Part shown: positions 26,601-37,900 of the stretch, one piece after another
How positions within the stretch are numbered: the stretch's first letter is position 1
How the letters are laid out: every line of letters begins with the position of its first letter
Assembly (NCBI GenBank): GCA_964016885.1
Contig: OZ024742.1
Location: 64,480,001-64,544,000 of the forward strand
Length of the DNA stretch: 64,000 nt
DNA from: Eledone cirrhosa
Taxonomy: Eukaryota
Direction of reading: 5' to 3'
Notes under the pieces: model-generated
Told to the model about the DNA's origin: nothing
Database searches by the model: none
What the model saw: the letters and a program-made list of their open reading frames with translations, nothing else
Translations under genes and position numbers: made by a program

Positions 26601-29600
26601 AAAGTGTTGTTGCTGTTGGCAATTGTAGTAGTGGTGATGGAGTTGTTGTTGGTGGTGATAGTAGACATTGGTAGTGGTGGTTAATGATGTTGTTAGTGGT
26701 GGTATTGCTATTGCTTTTGTTGTTGGTGGTGGTTTTGGTGTTGTTGGTGGTTGTGGTGATGTTGGTGGTGGATGGTAGATGTCAGGGTAGCCAACAAGGG
26801 ATCCTCTTCATAAGGAAGAGGGAACCAGGGCTGAATTGCAAGTGCATAAGGATCTGCCAGGGCACATCTCTGAGTGTGAATAATGTTGCTCTGGTGAAAA
26901 AGAATGTTTACGGTGGAAACTAGCAGGTAATAAATAACAACAGCAGCACCATATCACCAACATACCACCACCAACACCAACGCCACCTTGAAGTGTCCCT
27001 TTGTCTGAAGATAATTCCTTATTCAACCATTGACCACTTATCCCACTGTGACACCTGTGTTACAATCTCACAGTGACACCTGTGGTATAATCCCACTGTC
27101 ACACCTGTATTAATCCTATTGTCACACCTGTGATATAATGATGATAAGGATTTTTCTTTAATGATCAAGTGTTTTTACAATGTGTAGTTCTTGTAAGTCT
27201 AGTGATCTAGTTTATAATCAAGTTTCTCACTTTTAGAGCAATTTTCAAACTGGTCTCCTTGGTCTAGTTGTTAATACCAACTAGTATATGTGCGTGTGTG
27301 TGTTCAGAAGGGAAATGCTGTTATGTTCTTACCAGTATTTCCAAATAATTTAAGGAATTTAGTAACACTGTTGGCTGTTGGAACTGAAGCAATTTCTATG
27401 AGATATTGGTGGTATAAAAGGCATTGAACAAAAAAACCCTACCAAACAAAGGGTAAGGAAGACTCTTAAGTTGTGTTAAAGACATGACAACCTCCTTAGT
27501 GCTGGTGCCACAATAAAATGCACTCAGTAGAGTGTAGGAATGTATGTAAGTGAGAAGTGTAAGTGAAGACAACTCCAACTCTTGCCAGAAAGGAAGACAG
27601 AAGTTAAATGATGATGATGATGATGATGATGATGAAATGAGAAGTGATGAGAGAAAGAAGATTAATTAGTTTCTTACCAGCAAGTATGTTTTCGTAGTTC
27701 ACTATGACATAATTATCTCTGTCGGTTCGACTTTGTTCATGCCAAAGACCAACAGAATGCAATAGCTCATGCATAATGGTGCCTTTGTAGAAGCAATCTG
27801 GTTCCAAGGAAAGAGTCTGGGCTCCACCTATTTTTCCAACTGAAGAAAAACAGCTGTAATTAAAGAACTCGATATTATATATCATCATTAGAGTACAGTA
27901 TTTTGGCAGAATCTTCAGAACATCAGATAAATGCTCCTTACATTTCAAGTTCAAATACAGGTGAGGTCAATTTTGCTTTTCATCCTTCTGGGGTCAATAA
28001 AATATCAGTCAAATACTGAGCTCAATATAAAAAACTTCCCTTTCCCACAAATTACAGAACTTGTGTCTAGATTTGAAATCAGTATATTTACGGTATCAAT
28101 AATATTAATATGCTTGTTCTGTAAACACATTTCTAAACCAACAACACTAATTATACCTTGATAATTAATTCACTAGGTAATATAATTATAATTTGACACA
28201 CTGTAATTCAGGGCAAAAATTTAACTGGCCACAGTCACCTGAGTATTTGGCGCTAGCAGATAGTAAGTGGCACCTTGCAAACTGATCCGACTGGACGAAG
28301 AGGGAGTCGAAGGTGGCTCTCCAATTTATGCTGTTCCAAGTTCTCTGACTTCGACTGTCTTCCACCTTCTCAGGAAGAGACAAGCCCAACTCATTCCATT
28401 GTTGTAGAGCTTCATCCAACTCCCTGTTGGAACTAGTCCATGTTGGAGAGGAGAGGATGTTGCTCACCAGGGTGAAGCAAGTGTGGGTGGAGGAAAGGAA
28501 GCAGGGGAGAGAGAGGGATGAACACTTACGAAGACCAAGACCCCCAAATCGCTTGGGCAACGCAGCCTGATCGCGGGACTCTGGAGAGAGTCTAACATTG
28601 ACCAGGCACTCAAGTCTCTCGAAGATTAGGTTGTTGAAGCATTGGAGGCAGGAGGGAAATCTATGAGAGGGGCTGACCCTGAGCAGATACAGAAATTTAG
28701 GAATAGATAGGTAGTTCCTGAGTTTTTCAGTTTTTTTCTATTGGTTGTAAAATAGAAAACTGAAAAAGGCTACATGTACCTCTTGACCAGGATTGAACCC
28801 AAGGCCAGGATCTCCACTTTCTCTAGTACCTACTGCTAGGCCACAGAGACAACTATGAAAATCTTATGAATATTCATACTTATAAACCTACTTTCAAAAT
28901 TTTCAAAACAAAATGATGTGGTGTCGTTCATGTCTTTCTTAATGTTATTGCTCCTACTTAAGGTCGACTACTAAATCATTTGGGTGTTCCATAAACTACA
29001 TCCTCCTTTTGTTTCTCATCTATCTAGACTAGATTTTAACCTGTAATCCATGCTTCATTTCTGTTCCACCTCATTTGTTCCACCTCATTTCTCCCCACCT
29101 CTCTGTCTCTTTCTTTCTGTGATATTTGAATCTACTATGACTTGGGCTACCTTATTCCTAAATATATATGTTTCTGCATGTCAGTTAGATTCAAACTTAC
29201 AATGATTGGCATTATATATACTAGCAAAAAACCACCCTTCGGGCAGTTTTCTGCTAACATGTGTAGTGTGCATATTGGTATTATATGCAAATATGTAAAT
29301 TGAAAAGTAAATTGACAATATCTTCTTCTTCACCCACTTATTTCTGAGAGGGTCGTGGGGGCAGAGTCCTTCTCAAACACTCCTTCCAGCGAGTCTGTCA
29401 GTAGCAAACATCTCTAACTGATCCAGCTGGATCCCAAAGCGTAACCAGCCAAGCTCATGGATGTTATCCAACTATCTTGCTCAGGGTCTACCTCTGGGTG
29501 TCTTGCCTGTAAAATGTGTCCAGCAATTCTTTACTGAGACATTCTAGCCACATGCTCATAATATCGGAGTTGTGATCTCTCAATTCGGAGAAGTAGTGGC

Positions 29601-32600
29601 TCTACCAGGAGTGACTCTCTGGTCTCTGAGTTATGCACTTTATCCAGTAACGTTACTTCAAAGATCCTTCGGATGAATCCCATTTCTGCCACTTTTATTT
29701 GCAATTGTATTCTTTTGGTCATTACTCAAGATTCATGATCCTAGGTCAGAGTTGGTAGGAATACCAGGAAGACTGCGAGTTCGGCTTTTACCCCCCCCCC
29801 TTCATCTGATTACTGAATGCTGAGGCTGGGGCTTTACTGCATCAGCTTTTGCAATTCTTGCACTTAATTCATCCTCCTGCATTCCATCACTCATGAACAC
29901 GGCTCCAAGATACTTGAACTTCTCTAACTGCTTCAGTAGAACTCCATTCACATGTATTTGAGCAACTTCTGTCCACCCGTCCATCACGCAATGTGTATGT
30001 GTGTTTGTGTAAATGTATGTGTGTGTAAAAGGAAGGAAAGGGATACACACATATATGTCTCTAACTTAAAAACAGTGACACACACACACGTGTCTCTAAT
30101 TTAAGAACGCCGACAAACTCATGTGCGTGCACATACACACACTGTCCTATTACTACTTAGAGCTTTGGCCCGGGCAAACATACTTTCAATTTTGGAACCA
30201 TCTGGGTTGTCCTGAATTGATGAGAAAAGACTTGGCAGTCTTACTCTGTGTTCCTGGTCAAGAGCCAGGTGCCTTACCTGGGACGTCACAGTTAGTGACT
30301 TTTTTGCTTCTTCCCACATTCTGGATGCAGAGGTAAGGCGAGAGCTGAATGGAACAAAATCCTAAAATGTCAGCTAACTACATTATCCAGCCTGTGGCGT
30401 TCGAACGTTTGGGGGAGTTGGGCGACTGACAGCACGGTTCTTATCTTCACTGTTGGCTCGCCAAACAAAGGTAACTGGTGATGCTTGTGAAGGCACTTGG
30501 TTGTTCCAGCACCTCAGCGTCGCCATCACCCCAGGTAACGCTGCGAGCATGCTGGCCTGCCTCAAAAATTATTAGAGAGCTTTCCCAGTGTTCCTCGCTA
30601 TATTGCTATCTTTTGCTCTGATAGCGGCTCGTTTTTCCACTCTTTTGTCTGCATTTTGTTCTATGTGGTCTAAGATGTGTGTATTACATGCTTGTGTATT
30701 TTTTCTCTTTCTTTTTTCCTTTCCCTTTCCTTTGTATATATTATATTGAATTGGCAGTATCAGTAGAGGGTCGGACGCCATGCTTTCCAGCATAGTTATG
30801 TCCCTTTACGGTCTGAGTTCAAATCCCGTCGAAGTTAACTTTGCCTTTCATCCTTACGGGGATGATAAAATAAAGTACAAGTAATGCACTGGGATAATTG
30901 CTGGCCTTGTCCCAAAAGTAGAAACAATTATTAAAAGGGTGGTGGATTGGCAGTATCGGTAGAGGGTCGGATGCCATGCTTTGCAGCATAGAGTTACGTC
31001 CCTTTATGATCTGAGTTCAAATCCCACCGAGGTTAACTTTGCCTTTCATCCTTACGGGGTCGATAAAATAAAGTACCAGTAAAACACTGGGATAATTGCT
31101 GGCCTTGTGCCAAAAGTAGAAACAATTATATTTGTTAGTGTTTTCGTTCTGTAACCATTATATTAAATGAGTTTTAAAAAAAAGGAGATAATAAATAAAT
31201 AAATAAATAAATAGTTAATGAATAAATAAAACGTTATACTTGTTTTACCCTCCCATTTCCAATACACCGAACGCTGCTTTCATGACTGTATGTATGTGTA
31301 TGTGTAAATGTATATGTGTGAATGTATGTATGTTTGTGTGAAAGTATGTGTGAATGTATGTGTATTTATCTGAATGTATGTCCGTGAGCGTCTATTTTTA
31401 TAAGTTTGTGTTTGTGCGATTATAATTATATACTCATAATAGTTATATACTCATACATATAGATGTATGTATGTGCAGACTCATACGCGTCCGCGTGTAG
31501 AAAATCATAATCTCTCTATCTCTCTCATCACACACACTCTCTTTCTATATATATGGTAGTTGAAGTGGTGGTGGTGGCGACGATATACCGGAAGTGTAGA
31601 AATGTGAATGAAACTTTGAAAAGAAGTCAATTCTAAATTATTAATGTTTACGAAATTTAGTACATAAATTATCTAATATTCATTCGTTAACTTTGCCTTT
31701 CATCCTTACGAGGTCGATAAAATAAAGTACCATTATTTAGTGAAAAAACGGTGGATTGGCAGTATCGGTAGAGAGTCGGACGCCATGCTTTCCAGCATAG
31801 TTACGTCCCTTTACGATCTGAGTTCAAATCCCGCCGAGGTTGACTTTGCCTTTCATCCTTACAGGGTCGATAAAATAAAGTACCAGTAATACACTGGGTA
31901 ATTGCTGGCCTTGTGCCTAAAAGTAGAAACAATTATTTAGTGACAAAAAAGACGGTGGATTGGCAGTATCGGTAGAGGGTCGGACGCCATGCTTTCCAGC
32001 ATAGTTACGTCCCTTTACGATCTGAGTTCAAATCCCGCCGAGGTTGACTTTGCTTTTCATCCTTACGGGGTCGATAAAATAAAGTACCAGTAATGCACTG
32101 GGTAATTGCTGGCCTTGTGCCTAAAGTAGAAACAGTTATTTATTCAAAGTAATCCAACTTATTTGACTAACTAGATTAAAAGAAATAAACCGTATGCAGT
32201 CCCGCAGTCCTTACTTTATTATAGTTTAGATCTTTATATATATAAAAGCGAGGATGTGTGTGTGTCTGTGTACAACTTTGCATGCTTAAGGCTTTCACAA
32301 TTACCAACTGAATTTGACCAAAATTATCGGTAGAAAAATTGATGTAAGCGCGATAACAAACTTTATTGACAATCCTTATAAAAAAGGGAGATAACCAACT
32401 TTTCAGAAATATAAACATCACATTCATTTGAAGATAAATCACTAATATTATCGTTTGTTTCTTGTTTATTCTTTGTTGCACTTTCAAAGTTTAAAAAACA
32501 CTTGTTTTAACTTGTTTCACTATATTAAGTGTTCATTTTCCCGTTAAGGGCCTAATCTCGCAGCAGTCTCGAATTGACGAAATTAATTATTGAAAACTTC

Positions 32601-32989
32601 GGCTTATTTTGACAGGTTGGGGACAAATAATTGTTTCTACTTTAGGCACGACAAATAATGTTCTTCTTTTACTTCCTAGCTGTATATTCTTAGCATAATT
32701 TCAAACCCTGAGCAACGCCGGGTAAATCTGCTAGTATATATATATATATATATACAGTGGTGGACTAGTTCTAAAAATATTGGTTGGCAGGAGATGAAGG
32801 GGGCCCACCTTCATATAGAGTGCTATGATTTAATTTTTATAATGAATCAATAACATTTTCAAAAAATACATAATTGGAAACAAAACACTGCAATCAAATT
32901 TTTGCGGAAAAATATCTTACCTTCTTCAATAAAAAATATTATGTATTTTGCGAAATCAATAATGACCTTTGGTCTTTCACACTCACGCA

Positions 32990-33021
<32 letters not shown>

Positions 33022-33443
33022 TGTGAAAGACCAAAGGTCATTATTGAAAGTCTCTGGATTTCGCAAAATACATAATATATATATATATATGTAAGAATAT
33101 TTTCGAAACAGCGAGTGGGTTTGAAATTATTAGAAATGTAAGTTATCGCCGTATTTTGACTAAAGAAATTAAAGAAATTATTTAGCCTGATAGTGGGGTT
33201 AAGAACCCTCGGAGAAATGGAAAAAGATGAGTATTGACGTACATGGGAGTCGAACCCTCATCTTTGGTTATCCGGACCACTGTGCTACCATTTACACCAT
33301 GGTAGCACTGTGGTTCGGATAACCAAAGATGTGGGTTCGACTCCCATGTACGTCAATACTCATCTTTTTCCATTTCTCCGAGGGTTCTTAACCCCACTAT
33401 CAGGCTAAATAATTTCTTTAATTTCTTTAGTCAAAATACGACG

Positions 33444-33478
<35 letters not shown>

Positions 33479-34916
33479 GAGAGAATTGGGAGTGTGTAAC
33501 ACTCCACTTATCAAATAAGCAGTATATGGTTAGCTCAATGTCAGAGGACAGAGCCGTAATACAATTAACAACAAAGAGCGCTTAGAACATAGGTATATCT
33601 TTAATTGCTAACAGTGTTTCGTCCACACTAGAAGTGGGACTCTTCAGAGCATAAAGAGTAAATACATAGTATACAAGCATTGACAAAGCCAAAACAGAAG
33701 AATATATGTGGGGATACCATAAGTTGAGAGGAGTTTAAAGAGTAAAGTAAAAGGAGTAAAATAAGAAAAGAGTAAAATAAAAGTAAACATAAAAATAAGA
33801 ATAAAAATAAAAATAAAAATAAAAATAAAAATAAAAATAAAAATAAAAATAAAAATAAAAATAAAAATAAAAATAAAAATAAAAATAAAAATAAAAATAA
33901 AAATAAAAATAAAAATAAAAATAAAAATAAGAAATGTTATCACTCACAGTTGGGCAGGGTTCCGTTAACATACAGCTACATACAAGTATATGCATAAGCA
34001 TGAGCACCCGCATACACCTACACACAAGCACACTTGTATGTAGCTGTATGTTAACGGAACCCTGCCCAACTGTGAGTGATAACATTTCTTATTTTTATTT
34101 TTATTTTTATTTTTATTTTTATTTTTATTTTTATTTTTATTCTTATTTTTATGTTTACTTTTATTTTACTCGTTTCTTATTTTACTCCTTTTACTTTACT
34201 CTTTAAACTCCTCCCAACTTATGGTATCCCCACATATATTCTTCTGTTTTGGCTTTGTCAATTCTTGTATACTATGTATTTACTCTTTATGCTCTGAAGA
34301 GTCCCACTTCTAGTGTGGACGAAACACTGTTAGCAATTAAAGATATACCTATGTTCTAAGCGCTCTTTGTTGTTAATTGTATATATATATATATGCATGT
34401 TTGTGTGTGTGTGTATCTATATATATATATACACCACCTTCACCACTAATTGATTTGACAGATGTCTTTAACCCATTGATACAAATATCATTTGGTCAGT
34501 AGTTCGTGTGTAAGTATATAAATATACATACATATATATGCTCTAAGCTTTAGATTTAGTAGGATGTACAACCACTGATTTGAATCAGTGGTTGTACATC
34601 CTACTAAATCTAAAGCTTAGAGCATATATATGTATGTATATTTATATACTTACACACGAACTACTGACCATATATTTTTGTTTCTCTTAATTCCCTGGGG
34701 AATTGGTTGACCAAATGCTTTGCTTAATTGTTTTATTTATTTTTAAAAAAGCTTTATTCTTTCTCTTAGATTTCAGGTATTTTTAAAAGCAAAGCATTGG
34801 CCCCTAAAATGCTACAGTGGGCCCTGCAATGTTACTGTGGGCACTTGCAATGCTACTGTTTGCCTCCTGGGGCCCACTTGCCATTGGGAAACCTGGCAAC
34901 CTGGCCAGTCCGCCAC

Positions 34917-34959
<43 letters not shown>

Positions 34960-37900
34960 GCATACATTAGGATACCCCCCTCACACACACACACTTCGGT
35001 CACAAATGACCCTGTGATTTGTACCTAGAAAGTTCCCTTCCAAGGCACATGTCTAGGTAAGGCTGTTTGTGGAGACCAGTATAGTCTATATCTATTATTT
35101 CCCTTTGTGCTCCTTCTTTTGCTAATTCGCCTGCTTTCCTATTTCCTCTAATATCTGTATGGCCTGGTATTGAAAGACTTTAATATTTAATGTAATGCAG
35201 TCATAATGCTTTTTGATAATGTGGTTTCATATGATTTGTAAATTCAAATATTTATAACATCTTCACTAGTGGATAGATCATAGGGAAAATTTGGTATATT
35301 AAAGCAAAGACTTAAACTTTTGATCTGATAAAGTCAGGATGTTAATGTAATTTCATGTAGTACAGGATTTTAAAAACTAAAACCCCCAGAAAATACTGCA
35401 AATGAAAGATGTCAAGTGCTGTACAAAGCAACAAATGTGTGTATGATGGAGCTGTGGACGTGTGCATGATGGAGCTGTGGAAGTGTGTATAATGGAGCAG
35501 TGAATGTGTGTATAATGGAGTTGTGATTGTGTATATAAAGAAACATTCTTACCCAACATCTGGTTTAATGTCCAAATAATCTTCATGGTATGTTCTGGGA
35601 GTGAAATATATGCAGCGAGAACCCCGAACAACAGTTTTTGATGTGATTTCATTCATAGCCTTTAGAATCAGTGACTTTTGTGCATCATCTAACAGTGGAA
35701 TAAGGAAGCAACATTTTACTGTTGTTAAATCCTATTTTACATACTATCCCATTATACACCACTATAACACATTATATACCACTATATCACATTATACACC
35801 ACTATATCACATTATACACCACAATATCACATTATACACCACTATATCACATTATACACCACTATATCACATTAAACACCACTATATCATATTATACACC
35901 ACTATATCACATTAAACACCACTATATCATATTATACACCACTATATCACATCATACAACACTACACCACATTATACAACACTATACCACATTATACACC
36001 ACTATACCACATTATACATCACTAATTCACATTACATATCACCATATCACTATATCACCTTATATACCACATTATATATAACTATATTACATTATATATT
36101 TGCCTTACATTATATATTTGCCAAGCATTGGATTGGCAGTATCGGACGCCATGCTTTGACGCATAGAGTTATGGCCCTTGCCATTCTCAGTTCAAATCCC
36201 ACCGAGGTTAACTTTGCCTTTCATCCTTACGAGGTCGATAAAATAAAGTACCAGTAATACACTGGAATAATTGCTGGCCTTGTGCCAAAAGTAGAAACAA
36301 TTCTATATAACTATTTAGTTCATAGAAACATCATAATTAGAGACAATATAGGGTAGAGAAGATTCTTCTGTCAGGCTGAGCATGTAATGTCAGGCTGTCA
36401 TGATAAAATACATCCAGTAGACTCTGTAGAACCATGACAACATAGGCTAGAGAGGACATTGGCAGTATCGGTAGAGGGTCGGACGCCATGCTTTCCAGCA
36501 TAGTTACGTCCCTTTACGATCTGAGTTCAAATCCCGCCGAGGTTGACTTTGCCTTTCATCCTTACGGGGTCGATAAAATAAAGTACCAGTAATGCACTGG
36601 GTAATTACTGGCCTAGTGCCTAAAGTAGAAACAATTATTACTATTATTAGTATTAACTTTACCTTTCATCTTACAGGGTCGATTAAAATAAAGTACCAGT
36701 AATGCACTGGAGGCGATTTAAATGACTTTCCTCTTCCTTTTAAATTGTTGGCCTTGTGCCAAAAGTAGAAACAATCATTATTATTATTATTATCTGGCCA
36801 AGGTTAACTTTGCCATTCATCCTTATGGGGTCGATGAAATAAAGTACCAGTAATGCACTAGGGTGGATTTAATCGACTTTCCCCTCTCTCTAAATTTCTG
36901 GCCTTGTGCTTATATTAGAAACCATTATTATTACTATTATTATTATTATTGGCAGTATCGGTAGAGGGTCGGACGCCAAGCTTTGCAACATAGAGTTATG
37001 GCCCTTTATGATCTGTGTTCAAATCCCACCAAGGTTAACTTTGCCTTTCATCATTACGGAGTCGAAAAATAAACTACCAGTCACGCACTGGGGTCGATTT
37101 AATCGACTTTCCCCTCCCCAAAAATTGTTGGCTTTGTGCCTATATAAGAAACCATTATATCAGTAGAGGGTCGGACGCCCTTTATGGTCTGGGTTCATAT
37201 TCTGCCGAGGTTAACTTTGTCTTTCATCCTTACGGGGTCGATAAAATAAAGTACCAGTAATACACTGGGATAATTGCTGGCCTTGTGCCCAAAATAGAAA
37301 CAATTATTATTATGAAGTATAGGATACTTACTATAAGAGTTATCTAAAGTGTAAGGTATCATACCAATTGGCCATCGCTGGAACTTGTCTGTGAGAACTC
37401 CTCGTTTCTGTATGTGTGGGGAAACAAAAGAAGAGTGATCATTTTAAGTCAAGAAATATTGGTAACAGCGGCAACAACAACCATAATTTCCATTACCACC
37501 ACAACAAGAACAAGGAAAACAACAACAATAACCATCACCACCACCACCACCACCATCACAACAACAACGACAACAAGACTAACAAGAACAACAACAATAT
37601 TGCCACAGCAATCACAACACCACCACCACTCCCTAACAATTATTTCAAAAATACCAAAATTCCCAGCATTAGAGCATTGCTTATAAAACAAGATGGTGAC
37701 CCCCACCACACATATACACCTGACCTTGCCCTAGATTATTGCTTGTTCATACAAGCTAATAAAAAAACCACCACACACAAACACAGACACACACACACAA
37801 ACACTGGACCATACACACATGCACACAGATACATGCACCACACACAAAAAAACACCACACACACAAACACTGGATCATACACACAAACACTGGATCATAC

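Larger units (their letters stand above)
29221..32734. mobile_element. Helitron-like element with hairpin+CTAG termini at both ends, between TA tracts
   Basis: Right end CCCTGAGCAACGCCGGG-TAAATCTG-CTAG|T; left end A|CTAGCAAAAAACCACCC-TTC-GGGCAGTTTT; internal (TATG)n/(TG)n microsatellite. Confidence 0.55.
33559..34382. mobile_element. Long fold-back element (Penelope-like pLTR/retrozyme candidate) with a hammerhead in each arm
   Basis: Arms 33559-33987 and 34032-34382 are reverse complements apart from (TAAAAA)n length and a few substitutions; TA tracts at about 33448-33475 and 34380-34395. Confidence 0.75.
32755..34918. mobile_element. hAT-like non-autonomous element (TIR CAGTGGYGGACTRG) hosting the fold-back cluster
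   Basis: CAGTGGTGGACTAG at 32755 and CCAGTCCGCCACTG ending 34918; subterminal GGGCCC motifs; TA tracts on both flanks. Confidence 0.6.

Noticed and set aside
33235-33356. Functional tRNA genes (Ile-GAT-like)
   Set aside because: The 5' acceptor strand is missing and the anticodon arm is non-canonical; treated as a tRNA-derived repeat.
33644-34297. Mirror-image hydrophobic ORFs (IF and YF repeats) on both strands
   Set aside because: They arise from (TAAAAA)n inside the inverted repeat.
33559-34382. Large palindromes as sequencing fold-back artefacts
   Set aside because: The arms differ in microsatellite length and by several substitutions, and unique sequence resumes on both sides; the perfect 34493-34670 palindrome still needs read confirmation.
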